Shown: positions 18,107 to 25,889 of the stretch, piece by piece | Layout of the letters: every line of letters begins with the position of its first letter | Position numbering within the stretch: the stretch's first letter is position 1 | Source: a virus | IMG/VR virus record: IMGVR_UViG_3300013947_000002 | Span: 34,281-98,280 of that record | DNA: 64,000 nt | Strand: one strand, 5' to 3' | The notes under the pieces: generated by a model | Told to the model about the DNA's origin: nothing | Database searches by the model: none | The model's input: only the letters and a program-made list of their open reading frames with translations | Position numbers and translations under genes: made by a program

Positions 18107-18592
18107 ATGGATTTTGAGTATATGAAAAAATGTTTCCCAAATTATACCTATAATATGTGGTGCGGTAATGAGCCAAAGAATCACGCGCCGTGCGTTAATG
18201 GCGATGAATTTGACAATTATGAGGATATGTCAACGCCAAATCAGGGTTTCTGTCAGGCGTATCATGGCGAGTGCATCAATGGTGAATGGTCTTTTGAACC
18301 ATATAGAATTTTCGTATCTAATACGCGCCAATTCGATAATAATTATCATCTTGGTATCATGTATAATGTTGGCGATTTGGAATCGTATTGGCTCTATGAG
18401 AATTGGAATGGTAAATGCGAGCTTAAGACGACAACGAGTTGTAAGAAGTTACCTTATGTATCTGAATCCAAACTGCGCAGAATTTTGAATCCAAAGACAG
18501 AGCCTAAATCAATCGCATATACAATGTTTATCACTAAAGCAAGAGAGTTATTTGAGCTTGGAGATTGGAAAGGGGAATATAGAGATTTATGA
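18107..18592 (+). CDS. hypothetical protein
   Basis: ORF with GAGGTG upstream. No motif recognised. Confidence 0.5.
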   Translation: MDFEYMKKCFPNYTYNMWCGNEPKNHAPCVNGDEFDNYEDMSTPNQGFCQAYHGECINGEWSFEPYRIFVSNTRQFDNNYHLGIMYNVGDLESYWLYENWNGKCELKTTTSCKKLPYVSESKLRRILNPKTEPKSIAYTMFITKARELFELGDWKGEYRDL

Positions 18593-19026
18593 TTAAATTA
18601 AAAGAGCCATATGTCTATTATGATGACACAAACGATGTATTGTATATTTACGACGGAAAGACAGAGGTTGCGCAAATTGAACAGCCCCAATTTGATTTGA
18701 AATATGTCGCAGAATCACTTGGATGTGAGATAGAAAATTCGGCTGTTGTTAGTCAGAATCGAGAATTGGTCAAAATCGAACCATCTGGGATTTGTAGATT
18801 GTCTAAACCAGTTGCAGAAATTGACGGTCGTCATGTTTTGTGGTATAGGTTTGCTGGTGAAGAATATAAGGTCGTAGAGGCTTTTACGGATGAGAATGGC
18901 GAATTTGTAATGTTTGACGTTGGGAATGTGGATTCAAATATAGTTGAGACCGTGTATTTTGTGAATGTGAAAGCTGAATGCTATCTGCGCGATTGCTTAA
19001 TTGATGAGGGTGATAATGATGATTGA
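18589..19026 (+). CDS. hypothetical protein
   Basis: ATGA-coupled ORF. Confidence 0.5.
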   Translation: MIKLKEPYVYYDDTNDVLYIYDGKTEVAQIEQPQFDLKYVAESLGCEIENSAVVSQNRELVKIEPSGICRLSKPVAEIDGRHVLWYRFAGEEYKVVEAFTDENGEFVMFDVGNVDSNIVETVYFVNVKAECYLRDCLIDEGDNDD

Positions 19027-19399
19027 ATTTCTTGCTGATAATTATGAAGTCTGGAATGGGCATTTTATATTTCCGGATAAAGTGTATGAAAAATTACAAC
19101 GTGTTCAGGCTTATTGCGATGGGATTAAGCCGGTCGCATATTGTAGTGAGGCGATGGGCAAACTGATATTTGATATGAAATATGGAGATGAGCAAAAGAA
19201 ATGGCAAGGATTTACTATTAGAATGGATAAGCGTCTTCCATTCTCTTATATCATCATATATTGCAAAAGAAAAAGTTGGAGAACGAAGAATCTTATTGTG
19301 TGGGATGAGGTTGTCCAATTTGGTGATTGCTCAGACAGAGAAAAAGAAACTGTCTCGCGCATTCTTTTGAGGAACCTGAAAGAGGGTGTTTGCTTATGA
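19016..19399 (+). CDS. hypothetical protein
   Basis: ATG follows GAGGG and overlaps the upstream gene end. Confidence 0.5.
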   Translation: MMIEFLADNYEVWNGHFIFPDKVYEKLQRVQAYCDGIKPVAYCSEAMGKLIFDMKYGDEQKKWQGFTIRMDKRLPFSYIIIYCKRKSWRTKNLIVWDEVVQFGDCSDREKETVSRILLRNLKEGVCL

Positions 19400-19785
19400 G
19401 CATTGAATTTTCTATTTCATCTGGCATTCCCATTGCTATTTCTGGCGTAGGATATGTATACGATGAATACGACATTGAGATTGGTAGATTCTTAGTTGAT
19501 TCTACATCAAGAATGAATGCGCCTCAATATTTCTTTTTGCATACACATGGTAATATTGACATATGGGAATCTGCTAATTATTTCGAAGATTGTATCCCAG
19601 AGCCAGATATGTTAGAATGCTTTACAGACAAAATCAAGATTGTAATGGATGTTATTAGCGCGGTCAATGTTGATTGGGTGATTGATGGATTTGAACTCCT
19701 CAAAGAAGGAGCTAAAATTGGTGAATTGACGTTTTGGTATTCTAAATGTGAGAAAGGAATATATAGGATTGAATCTAATGGATGA
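19396..19785 (+). CDS. hypothetical protein
   Basis: Coupled ORF. Confidence 0.5.
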   Translation: MSIEFSISSGIPIAISGVGYVYDEYDIEIGRFLVDSTSRMNAPQYFFLHTHGNIDIWESANYFEDCIPEPDMLECFTDKIKIVMDVISAVNVDWVIDGFELLKEGAKIGELTFWYSKCEKGIYRIESNG

Positions 19786-20053
19786 TGGTGTTTATAAAAT
19801 CCAAAATCTTGACGATGTTGAAATCAAAAAGATTGATGACGTTGATGCAGGATATATATATCCACTTAAGCGCGGCGACATCATTGACGTGTTCAAACCC
19901 GCTATCAAATGTAAATTGAAGCCAGACCAAATCTGGTCTGAATATCCTATGCTCAAATGCATCTCGCGTATTTATGAACGGCATAAGTGGTGGCAATTTT
20001 GGAAATGGGGCAAGGTGATTGGATATCAAATGATGTATATTGGAAAGGATTAA
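19778..20053 (+). CDS. hypothetical protein
   Basis: Coupled ORF. Confidence 0.5.
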   Translation: MDDGVYKIQNLDDVEIKKIDDVDAGYIYPLKRGDIIDVFKPAIKCKLKPDQIWSEYPMLKCISRIYERHKWWQFWKWGKVIGYQMMYIGKD

Positions 20054-20070
20054 AAGGGAAAGAAATACAG

Positions 20071-20250
20071 ATGAAGATTGTAGTAGACGAAATGCCAGCC
20101 TATCCCTATGAATGTCGCAATTGTTGTCTTGAAGGCGACATGGAATTTCATAATTGGGTATGTCTGGTTGGTGAAGAAAAGCACGTCTGTAAAAATGTAA
20201 AGGATTGCCCGTATTTTATTGGATTGGATGAGGTATTGAAAAATGATTGA
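20071..20250 (+). CDS. hypothetical Cys-rich protein
   Basis: ATG follows AAAGGGAAAG. Confidence 0.45.
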   Translation: MKIVVDEMPAYPYECRNCCLEGDMEFHNWVCLVGEEKHVCKNVKDCPYFIGLDEVLKND

Positions 20251-20431
20251 TTTTCTGCTACGCGCATTGTGGATATTTATTATTACAATTTTAGTATGTC
20301 TTGGATTTTTTGTTATATATTTGGGTTGTTCTTGTGGAAGTTGGCTTGGATTATTTGCGATTCCAGCTTTGGCACTGATCATAGCCGGTATATTTGAAAT
20401 AAATGATTGGGGGTATTGGCATTGGCTATGA
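20243..20431 (+). CDS. two-TM small membrane protein
   Basis: Hydrophobic sequence LLRALWIFIITILVCLGFFVIYLG..LGLFAIPALALIIAGIF. Confidence 0.5.
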   Translation: MIDFLLRALWIFIITILVCLGFFVIYLGCSCGSWLGLFAIPALALIIAGIFEINDWGYWHWL

Positions 20432-20685
20432 CGGAGAATAAATTATTTGAATTACTAAAATCATACGACGAAGAATGCTGGACTATGGAACAAAAAGCAG
20501 ATGGTAATTATCACATTATGTATAAGAGGCGCATGATAAACAATGATGGCTCAGATGCTGGTTGGCTATACACCGATGTTCCAAATGTAAGATTAAACAA
20601 GAATAACAAATGGGTCATCGAGTTGCCACGAGAAGATAGAATTGGAAGTCGAGCCGAACGTAGGAGAAAGCGAAATGAACAATAG
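20428..20685 (+). CDS. hypothetical protein ending in a basic RAERRRKR tail
   Basis: ATGA-coupled ORF. Confidence 0.5.
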   Translation: MTENKLFELLKSYDEECWTMEQKADGNYHIMYKRRMINNDGSDAGWLYTDVPNVRLNKNNKWVIELPREDRIGSRAERRRKRNEQ

Positions 20686-20902
20686 ACTTTCTGAATATCT
20701 TGAATCGTGCGATGACGAAGGAATGATCACATAGACTGCGGGATTTGACGAATGGTGGCGTATATGGTGTGACAAGTTAAATTTACCATACGACACATCA
20801 TTTGAGGATTTCACGTTAGCATTACAGCATTATCTATGGCCAAATGGTGTTTTATATCCTCTAAATAGAGCCGAACGCCGCAAATCAAAAAGAAAGAAAT
20901 GA
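20675..20902 (+). pseudogene. paralog of the preceding gene, interrupted by one in-frame TAG
   Basis: ATG is 8 nt after AGGAG. TAG at 20732-34, then 55 sense codons (20735-20899) with no in-frame start before the TGA at 20900-02. Ends in the same RAERRKSKRKK tail. Confidence 0.45.
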
Positions 20903-20908
20903 CAACCT

Positions 20909-21484
20909 ATGTACGTCTTATATAATCAAAAATATTATCTTATGCAAAACGCAATCGGACAGTGGATTCCAGCCGATAATCTAGCTGAGGCGTTCAAATT
21001 CAAAGACCGTATCAAAGCCGAAAATGCGCTTGCCAATTTACCAAAAGCAACACGCAATCTTGGCTATCAGATCAAGCAAATCGATGAGCCATCTAAACCC
21101 GTCGATATCGACCAGTTTGAAAATGTCGAATTGGTAAATTACGATTCAGCATTGGCACAAATTGGGGCATTCTGTGATTTGCATGACCAGCTTGTAGCAA
21201 GGGCGGCATGGGTTGAATATAAGCTCAATGAGGTCGAAAACAAGATTCAGGATGTGCTACACGCCATTGAATTTAATAGCTATAATGCGCGAGATGGATA
21301 TAAGATGTATAAGCTGCTACATGATTTGCGGCTCGAACGGCGCAGATACAAAGACGAGCAGATTATAGCAGACGTTACAACTAAGGGATTTGCCGGGTCA
21401 AATTGGGAAACAACTAAGACCAGAGTGGACGATTTAAAGAATAGGAAATATCATGTAAGAAAAATGGAGGAGTTGTTTGAATGA
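20909..21484 (+). CDS. hypothetical protein
   Basis: 191-aa ORF. No motif recognised. Confidence 0.55.
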   Translation: MYVLYNQKYYLMQNAIGQWIPADNLAEAFKFKDRIKAENALANLPKATRNLGYQIKQIDEPSKPVDIDQFENVELVNYDSALAQIGAFCDLHDQLVARAAWVEYKLNEVENKIQDVLHAIEFNSYNARDGYKMYKLLHDLRLERRRYKDEQIIADVTTKGFAGSNWETTKTRVDDLKNRKYHVRKMEELFE

Positions 21485-21618
21485 CTGATATATTGTGGAA
21501 TATTATTTCTCTTGCCGGTACTATTGCACTTGCATTGGCAACCATTGGAACTTGTATTCTTTTAGCATGTGGTATAATTTGCATCATTCAGCAAGTCAAG
21601 GAGAAAATTAAGAAATGA
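21481..21618 (+). CDS. small membrane peptide (45 aa)
   Basis: ATGA overlaps at both ends. Contains ILWNIISLAGTIALALATIGTCILLACGIICII. Confidence 0.4.
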   Translation: MTDILWNIISLAGTIALALATIGTCILLACGIICIIQQVKEKIKK

Positions 21619-22040
21619 TCGAAACAACGATTTATAAATGCGAATACTGTGGAGCGGAGTTTGATGATGAATATGAGGCGAATTGCCATGAATGGGTGTG
21701 TTGGTATGTCGACGTGAAGAAACGTGACGGTGGCAGCCTTAGATTTTATAAGGAAGATGGCACAGAAATCAAATTTGATGACCCTGGTTTCGTATGGGCT
21801 GAATTTGACGATGTGATGGCATTTACAGTTGCTAATGATAGCGACGTAAAATTCGCTAAAGACTTCTTTGAATGGCATGGCTATAGCAATCCATTTCGAG
21901 CCATTGAGGACGATGAGCATCCGAACTATTATGGTCTATGGTGGTTCGACCCAGATCTGCATTATGGTGGATGGGTGCGCGTAGACGACCAGATTAAAAA
22001 ATGGGTAGATACTAAAAATAAATTTGTCAAAAGGGCTTGA
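21615..22040 (+). CDS. hypothetical protein
   Basis: Coupled ORF with an N-terminal CxxC..CxxxxC. Confidence 0.55.
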   Translation: MIETTIYKCEYCGAEFDDEYEANCHEWVCWYVDVKKRDGGSLRFYKEDGTEIKFDDPGFVWAEFDDVMAFTVANDSDVKFAKDFFEWHGYSNPFRAIEDDEHPNYYGLWWFDPDLHYGGWVRVDDQIKKWVDTKNKFVKRA

Positions 22041-22065
22041 CATATGCGATTCTATATGGTATAAT
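22037..22065 (+). promoter_or_regulatory. sigma-A-like extended -10 promoter
   Basis: TTGACA 22037-42, 17 nt spacer, TGG-TATAAT 22060-65. Confidence 0.65.
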
Positions 22066-22095
22066 CCAATTATCAAATGAACGGAGATAACGATT

Positions 22096-22251
22096 ATGCT
22101 TAATACTTATTTCAAAATTGGCGATTATATTTGCCGCGTTGACCGCTATGACCGAGAAACTGGTCTGTGGGGATATCGTTGTGACGATGTACCTGTGTTC
22201 AATGGCTGGGCTTGTGAAAAATTTATTGAGATGAATAAAATTTGTAGTTGA
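22096..22251 (+). CDS. hypothetical protein (51 aa)
   Basis: ATG follows ACGGAG. Its leader is nearly identical to the leader at 30024-30055. Confidence 0.4.
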   Translation: MLNTYFKIGDYICRVDRYDRETGLWGYRCDDVPVFNGWACEKFIEMNKICS

Positions 22252-22276
22252 CAAACAGCAAATCGTGTGGTATAAT
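22248..22276 (+). promoter_or_regulatory. sigma-A-like extended -10 promoter driving the tRNA-like gene
   Basis: TTGACA 22248-53, 17 nt spacer, TGG-TATAAT 22271-76. Confidence 0.65.
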
Positions 22277-22373
22277 TAAGAAGCAATGAGGGAATTGGGA
22301 AGCCTGATTTGCGGCATTGTGAACCTCCTGAAAATATAGTCCTGAGCATGACGGTAAAACTGCTCGACAATAT

Positions 22374-22451
22374 GGTAGGGACGCCAATGTGGTATCGGCA
22401 CCGCCCTTATAAGACGGAGATAGTTTGGTTCGAATCCAACCCCTATCACCA
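22374..22451 (+). tRNA. tRNA-like gene, anticodon UAU (Ile/AUA reader), CCA encoded
   Basis: Acceptor GGTAGGG/CCCTATC (one G-U), D-loop with GG, anticodon loop CTTATAA, T-arm TTGG-TTCGAAT-CCAA, then A-CCA. Deviations are A8, a C-A mismatch in the anticodon stem and one extra T in the T-stem. Confidence 0.55.
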
Positions 22452-22484
22452 CGAAAAAATATAGATAATTAATGAGGCGATAAC

Positions 22485-22748
22485 ATGAAATTGTTCAAAG
22501 TATGGGTAGACAAGGTTGACTATGACACCTATGATTCGTTTGTGTGTGTAGCAAATAGCGAAGAGGAAATTAGAAACAGTATCAGCGTAGATAGGTATAA
22601 CAGTCGTGTTATACATTTGGACGAGGGTGATGACAAGTATGAAACCTATGTCGCTTTTGAGGATTTTCAGGGCGAAATTCATATTGAAGAGGTAAATCTT
22701 GATGTAGATAAGCCATACATTGTATGCGCAAGCTATAATGCTGGTTGA
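22485..22748 (+). CDS. hypothetical protein
   Basis: ORF after GAGGCG. No motif recognised. Confidence 0.5.
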   Translation: MKLFKVWVDKVDYDTYDSFVCVANSEEEIRNSISVDRYNSRVIHLDEGDDKYETYVAFEDFQGEIHIEEVNLDVDKPYIVCASYNAG

Positions 22749-22757
22749 GGTGATAAT

Positions 22758-23096
22758 ATGAGACTATATTTCGACATCGATGACTCTTGGTATGAGGGCT
22801 ATGATAGTTATGATTTTAGAAAAGACATTGAGTCTGGAATTGTAGAATCGATCACTAATCGTCTATTGTCGGAAGACAAATACAGTTTCGCCGAAGAAGA
22901 GGCACGACAAATTGTTAAAGAAAACAAAACCGAGATTATTGATAAGGTAGTGCAGACAGTCAGTGCTACAATTCTCAAAAAACAAGAAATCAAATTGCTT
23001 GCGCCGTCTCTGTCTGAACTAAAAAATGCTGATGCTCAGGTTGTCAAATATTTTGAGGAAATGGTTGACAAGGCTATTGCTAAGAGGTTTAAGTAA
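22758..23096 (+). CDS. hypothetical protein
   Basis: ATG follows GAGGTG. Confidence 0.5.
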   Translation: MRLYFDIDDSWYEGYDSYDFRKDIESGIVESITNRLLSEDKYSFAEEEARQIVKENKTEIIDKVVQTVSATILKKQEIKLLAPSLSELKNADAQVVKYFEEMVDKAIAKRFK

Positions 23097-23097
23097 T

Positions 23098-23346
23098 ATG
23101 GAACAATCTCCGCTAAAAGCTATACGCGCCCACTGCATCGAATGTAGTTGTGGCTCAACCAGCGAAGTCAAAAATTGCGTCATCCGTGATTGTGAGCTGT
23201 GGCCGTTTCGCATGGGCAACAATCCATTCCGTACCCGCTCAATGACCGATGAACAGAAGCAAGCTGCGGCTGAACGGCTCAAATCCGCTCGTCTCGCTAA
23301 AAAATCTTCATTAAATAATGTAGAAAATTCTGAACAAGAAGATTAG
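23098..23346 (+). CDS. small Zn-finger protein
   Basis: Contains IRAHCIECSCGSTSEVKNCVIRDCELWPFRMG, a Cys4-type motif. The ATG lies 1 nt after the upstream stop. Confidence 0.55.
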   Translation: MEQSPLKAIRAHCIECSCGSTSEVKNCVIRDCELWPFRMGNNPFRTRSMTDEQKQAAAERLKSARLAKKSSLNNVENSEQED

Positions 23347-23398
23347 TAAGGTAAGTTGTAGTGTAAATAATAAAGGAAATTTTATTGATTATTAGTGT

Positions 23399-23500
23399 AT
23401 GAATCTTAACGATTGGATTTGTTTACTTGCTGGAATCGGCTATTCATTGTTTATGTTTGTGTGTGGTGCAGCATGGGCAAGCGACGTGTTGAAAAAATAA
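23399..23500 (+). CDS. small membrane peptide (33 aa)
   Basis: MNLNDWICLLAGIGYSLFMFVCGAAWASDVLKK. Confidence 0.3.
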   Translation: MNLNDWICLLAGIGYSLFMFVCGAAWASDVLKK

Positions 23501-23512
23501 TTAAAATACCTC

Positions 23513-23541
23513 TTGATAAATAAAATCAAATGTGGTATAAT
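23513..23541 (+). promoter_or_regulatory. sigma-A-like extended -10 promoter of the large ncRNA
   Basis: TTGATA 23513-18, 17 nt spacer, TGG-TATAAT 23536-41. Confidence 0.65.
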
Positions 23542-23547
23542 TGAGAA

Positions 23548-24555
23548 TGTAAAGATGATGGTGCTACGAAGCCCACAGAGGACACTATCCATGGAGTGCC
23601 GAGCTGGGGAATACAGGAGCAGTAGTAAATGGAGTGAGATGAACAGCCATCATTATATGCCATATGAGGTCTTGAATGCGAATGAGCCAATGGCTGAAAT
23701 TGCTCATCCAGATTTGGAGTAGTATTCAAGATATAACCTTAGCATTGCTCGTGCGAGAGGCAAGCCAAGCTAACTGCATATCCTACGTGGAATGTCTGTC
23801 TTGGATGGAAAAGAGCGAATTAGGGAACGTGCGTGAGATAAATGAGAGAAGCATAAAAGCGGGTCACAGTCGTGTGAAAGACCGTAATGCCAAGTAGGGC
23901 GCACCAGTCAATCTGTTCGGCATAATAAAGGGATTGGGGTTGACGATTATAGAATGGCACATCGGAAAGACGATGATAATATCCGACCGGATTTGAAGAT
24001 AACCGTCAAATCTATATCACGCCTGCACTGGGGTCTGCGCAGAGTTTGAGAAGCGGCAGATACAGACTAGAGAATTGGGGTCGCGCCCAATCGTGCCACG
24101 TTAGCATCCATGCAAAAACGTAACGTCGAAGGTGATATAAGGATGTTATGTAAACAGCATTCACGAGCCGATGCTAGAAGTAGCTATGAGGTAGGAAGTC
24201 GGCTTGAGATTGAATATGGAAGTGTAAGCTAACTGGATAAACCTCGCCAATTTGGTGAGATTGCAAGTTCGATTCTTGTCACTTCTATTCCCCCACATCC
24301 ATCACGCTTCTGTTTAGCATTGCAAGCGTACCACGATGGATGTATAGAAAAGTCTAAAATCCTAGCTTTGTAAGGCTGAACACAAGAATTGGTCACTTGT
24401 GAACGGTCTAGTTTATAAGTTATAATGCTAGTTGCCGAATAGTTGAAAGCTGACCACCTGACGCTATGAGGCAGCGCTCGCCACACTCCCGATTTTAAGA
24501 TGGTTGCGCAACTGTAAATTCAATTTAGCCTGAATTTGTAAGGAGTGTGGCAATT
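23548..24555 (+). ncRNA. candidate giant (~1 kb) structured non-coding RNA
   Basis: No SD-preceded ORF, and the GC content looks higher than the flanks by eye. Nested helices at 23555-61/23647-53, 23940-50/23999-24009, 24296-24309/24324-24342 and 24480-89/24542-51. Confidence 0.6.
24218..24287 (+). other. tRNA-like module embedded in the large RNA
   Basis: Acceptor GGAAGTG/CACTTCT, anticodon-like stem CTCGC/GTGAG with loop CAATTTG, and T-arm GCAAG-TTCGATT-CTTGT. The D-stem is degenerate and no CCA is encoded. Confidence 0.45.
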
Positions 24556-24637
24556 CTATCAGGTCAATATGCGCATGAACATAGCGACTTGTTTTAATAA
24601 AATTTTATTAGAAATCGAAAGGAATTTATCAGGAACA

Positions 24638-24913
24638 ATGACAAAGAAGGAACTAATCAAGTATGTTGCTGGCTCGACCGAGCATACCATTAAGGACACA
24701 GAAGAAATTGTTGATGAATTTATCGACTATGTCAAGAATGCGCTGATTGAGCATGAGGATGTAACCATCCACGGCTTCGGCACATTCAAGACCAAGCTAC
24801 GCGATGCTCGTACAGCTAGAAACCCCCAGACCGGTGAAACCATTGAAGTCCCTGCCAAGTATGCACTGGCATTTAAGCCGACAAGCACATTCAAGGCGGC
24901 TATCAATGAGTGA
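24638..24913 (+). CDS. HU-family DNA-binding protein (91 aa)
   Basis: MTKKELIKYVA...VTIHGFGTFKTKLRDARTARNPQTGETIEVPAKYALAFKPTSTFK is the canonical HU sequence pattern. Confidence 0.9.
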   Translation: MTKKELIKYVAGSTEHTIKDTEEIVDEFIDYVKNALIEHEDVTIHGFGTFKTKLRDARTARNPQTGETIEVPAKYALAFKPTSTFKAAINE

Positions 24914-24930
24914 ATAATCCTCCTGTTAAA

Positions 24931-24964
24931 AATCCCTATGGTCGAAAGATTGTAGGGATTTTTC
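24931..24964 (+). terminator. rho-independent terminator
   Basis: ATCCCTA (24932-38) pairs with TAGGGAT (24953-59), followed by a T-run. Confidence 0.75.
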
Positions 24965-24976
24965 TAAAAATAACCC

Positions 24977-25005
24977 TTGACAAATCGCCGCTGTGGTGCT
25001 ATACT
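24977..25005 (+). promoter_or_regulatory. sigma-A-like promoter of the recombinase gene
   Basis: TTGACA 24977-82, 17 nt spacer, TGC-TATACT 25000-05. Confidence 0.6.
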
Positions 25006-25034
25006 TAAACCATCAAATAAAGGAGCTGAATGAT

Positions 25035-25871
25035 ATGAACGAACTATTTATTATGTCGCTTAAAGCAAAGCATCGTAGTGAGGGTACCATTCGCGAATAT
25101 ACCAAGGCGATCGAGAACTGCTTGTCGTATGTCAAGAAGCCTGAAACCGACATCAAGCCGATTGACCTTGAGTTGTGGCAGTCCAGCATGAGCAATCTTA
25201 GCTCTGCATCCGTAGCACAGCGCACATCGGCTGTTCGCGAGTATTTCAAGTTCTTGTATCGCAATGAATTTATCAGTCGCAATCCTGCTGATATGCTTGA
25301 AGCGCCGAGTATCAAGAATCGTGAGCAGTCGGCTCTTGATGGAGAGCAGGTCAGAGCGATGATTAACGCCGCAACAAATCTGCGTAACAAGGCGATTATT
25401 ACGATGCTGGCTCAGACCGGTCTTCGCATCCATGAGCTTGCCAATATCACGCTTGAGCAGTATCAGAGCCGCAATGGTAATGTGTTGGTCATTCGTGGTA
25501 AGGGTGATAAGGATAGGCTGGTTGGCCTGGCTGATGAGACGATCAAGCTGATTGATAGCTATATTGCTAATGAGCGCAAAGACGGCTGCGAATACCTGTT
25601 CGTCGGCAATCGCGGCAATAAGATGGACGGCAAGAACACCAGTGCTATGCTCAAGGTGTGCGCTAAGAAGGCTGGTATTGAGAATTGGGAGGAGTTGCAT
25701 ATCAGCAATCATACGATGCGCCGCACGTTTGCTACGATGATGTCCGAAGCCGACGTACCTATTGAGATAATTAGTAAGGCAATGGGGCACTCAGGTTTGG
25801 CTATCACGTCCAGATACATCAAGCGCACCGAGCAGAGAGCGGTCAATGCTATGGCTGTTATGAGTTTTTAA
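25035..25871 (+). CDS. tyrosine recombinase/integrase (XerC/D-like)
   Basis: N-terminal SAM-like domain (EGTIREYTKAIENCL), then GLRIHELANI, HTMRRTFAT and GHSGLAITSRY (R..HxxR..H..Y). Confidence 0.9.
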   Translation: MNELFIMSLKAKHRSEGTIREYTKAIENCLSYVKKPETDIKPIDLELWQSSMSNLSSASVAQRTSAVREYFKFLYRNEFISRNPADMLEAPSIKNREQSALDGEQVRAMINAATNLRNKAIITMLAQTGLRIHELANITLEQYQSRNGNVLVIRGKGDKDRLVGLADETIKLIDSYIANERKDGCEYLFVGNRGNKMDGKNTSAMLKVCAKKAGIENWEELHISNHTMRRTFATMMSEADVPIEIISKAMGHSGLAITSRYIKRTEQRAVNAMAVMSF

Positions 25872-25889
25872 GTTGAGGAGGATACAACA

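Noticed and set aside
23513-24486. ORFs 23513-23722 (+), 23676-23897 (+) and 24229-24486 (-) in the track
   Set aside because: None has an SD. The first would start inside the promoter. The region is better explained by the helix-rich non-coding RNA.
23548-24555. Identity of the large RNA as tmRNA, RNase P RNA or a group II intron
   Set aside because: I could not find the hallmark sequences: a GGGG...tag ORF...T-arm-CCA arrangement, GAGGAAAGTCC (CR-I), or a domain V hairpin with an RT ORF. Confirmation would need covariance-model searches.
25044-25790. 248-aa ORF on the minus strand, lying entirely inside the integrase gene
   Set aside because: It has no SD or promoter. It is antisense to a gene with clear catalytic motifs, and its Leu/Ile/Arg-rich composition is typical of a shadow ORF.
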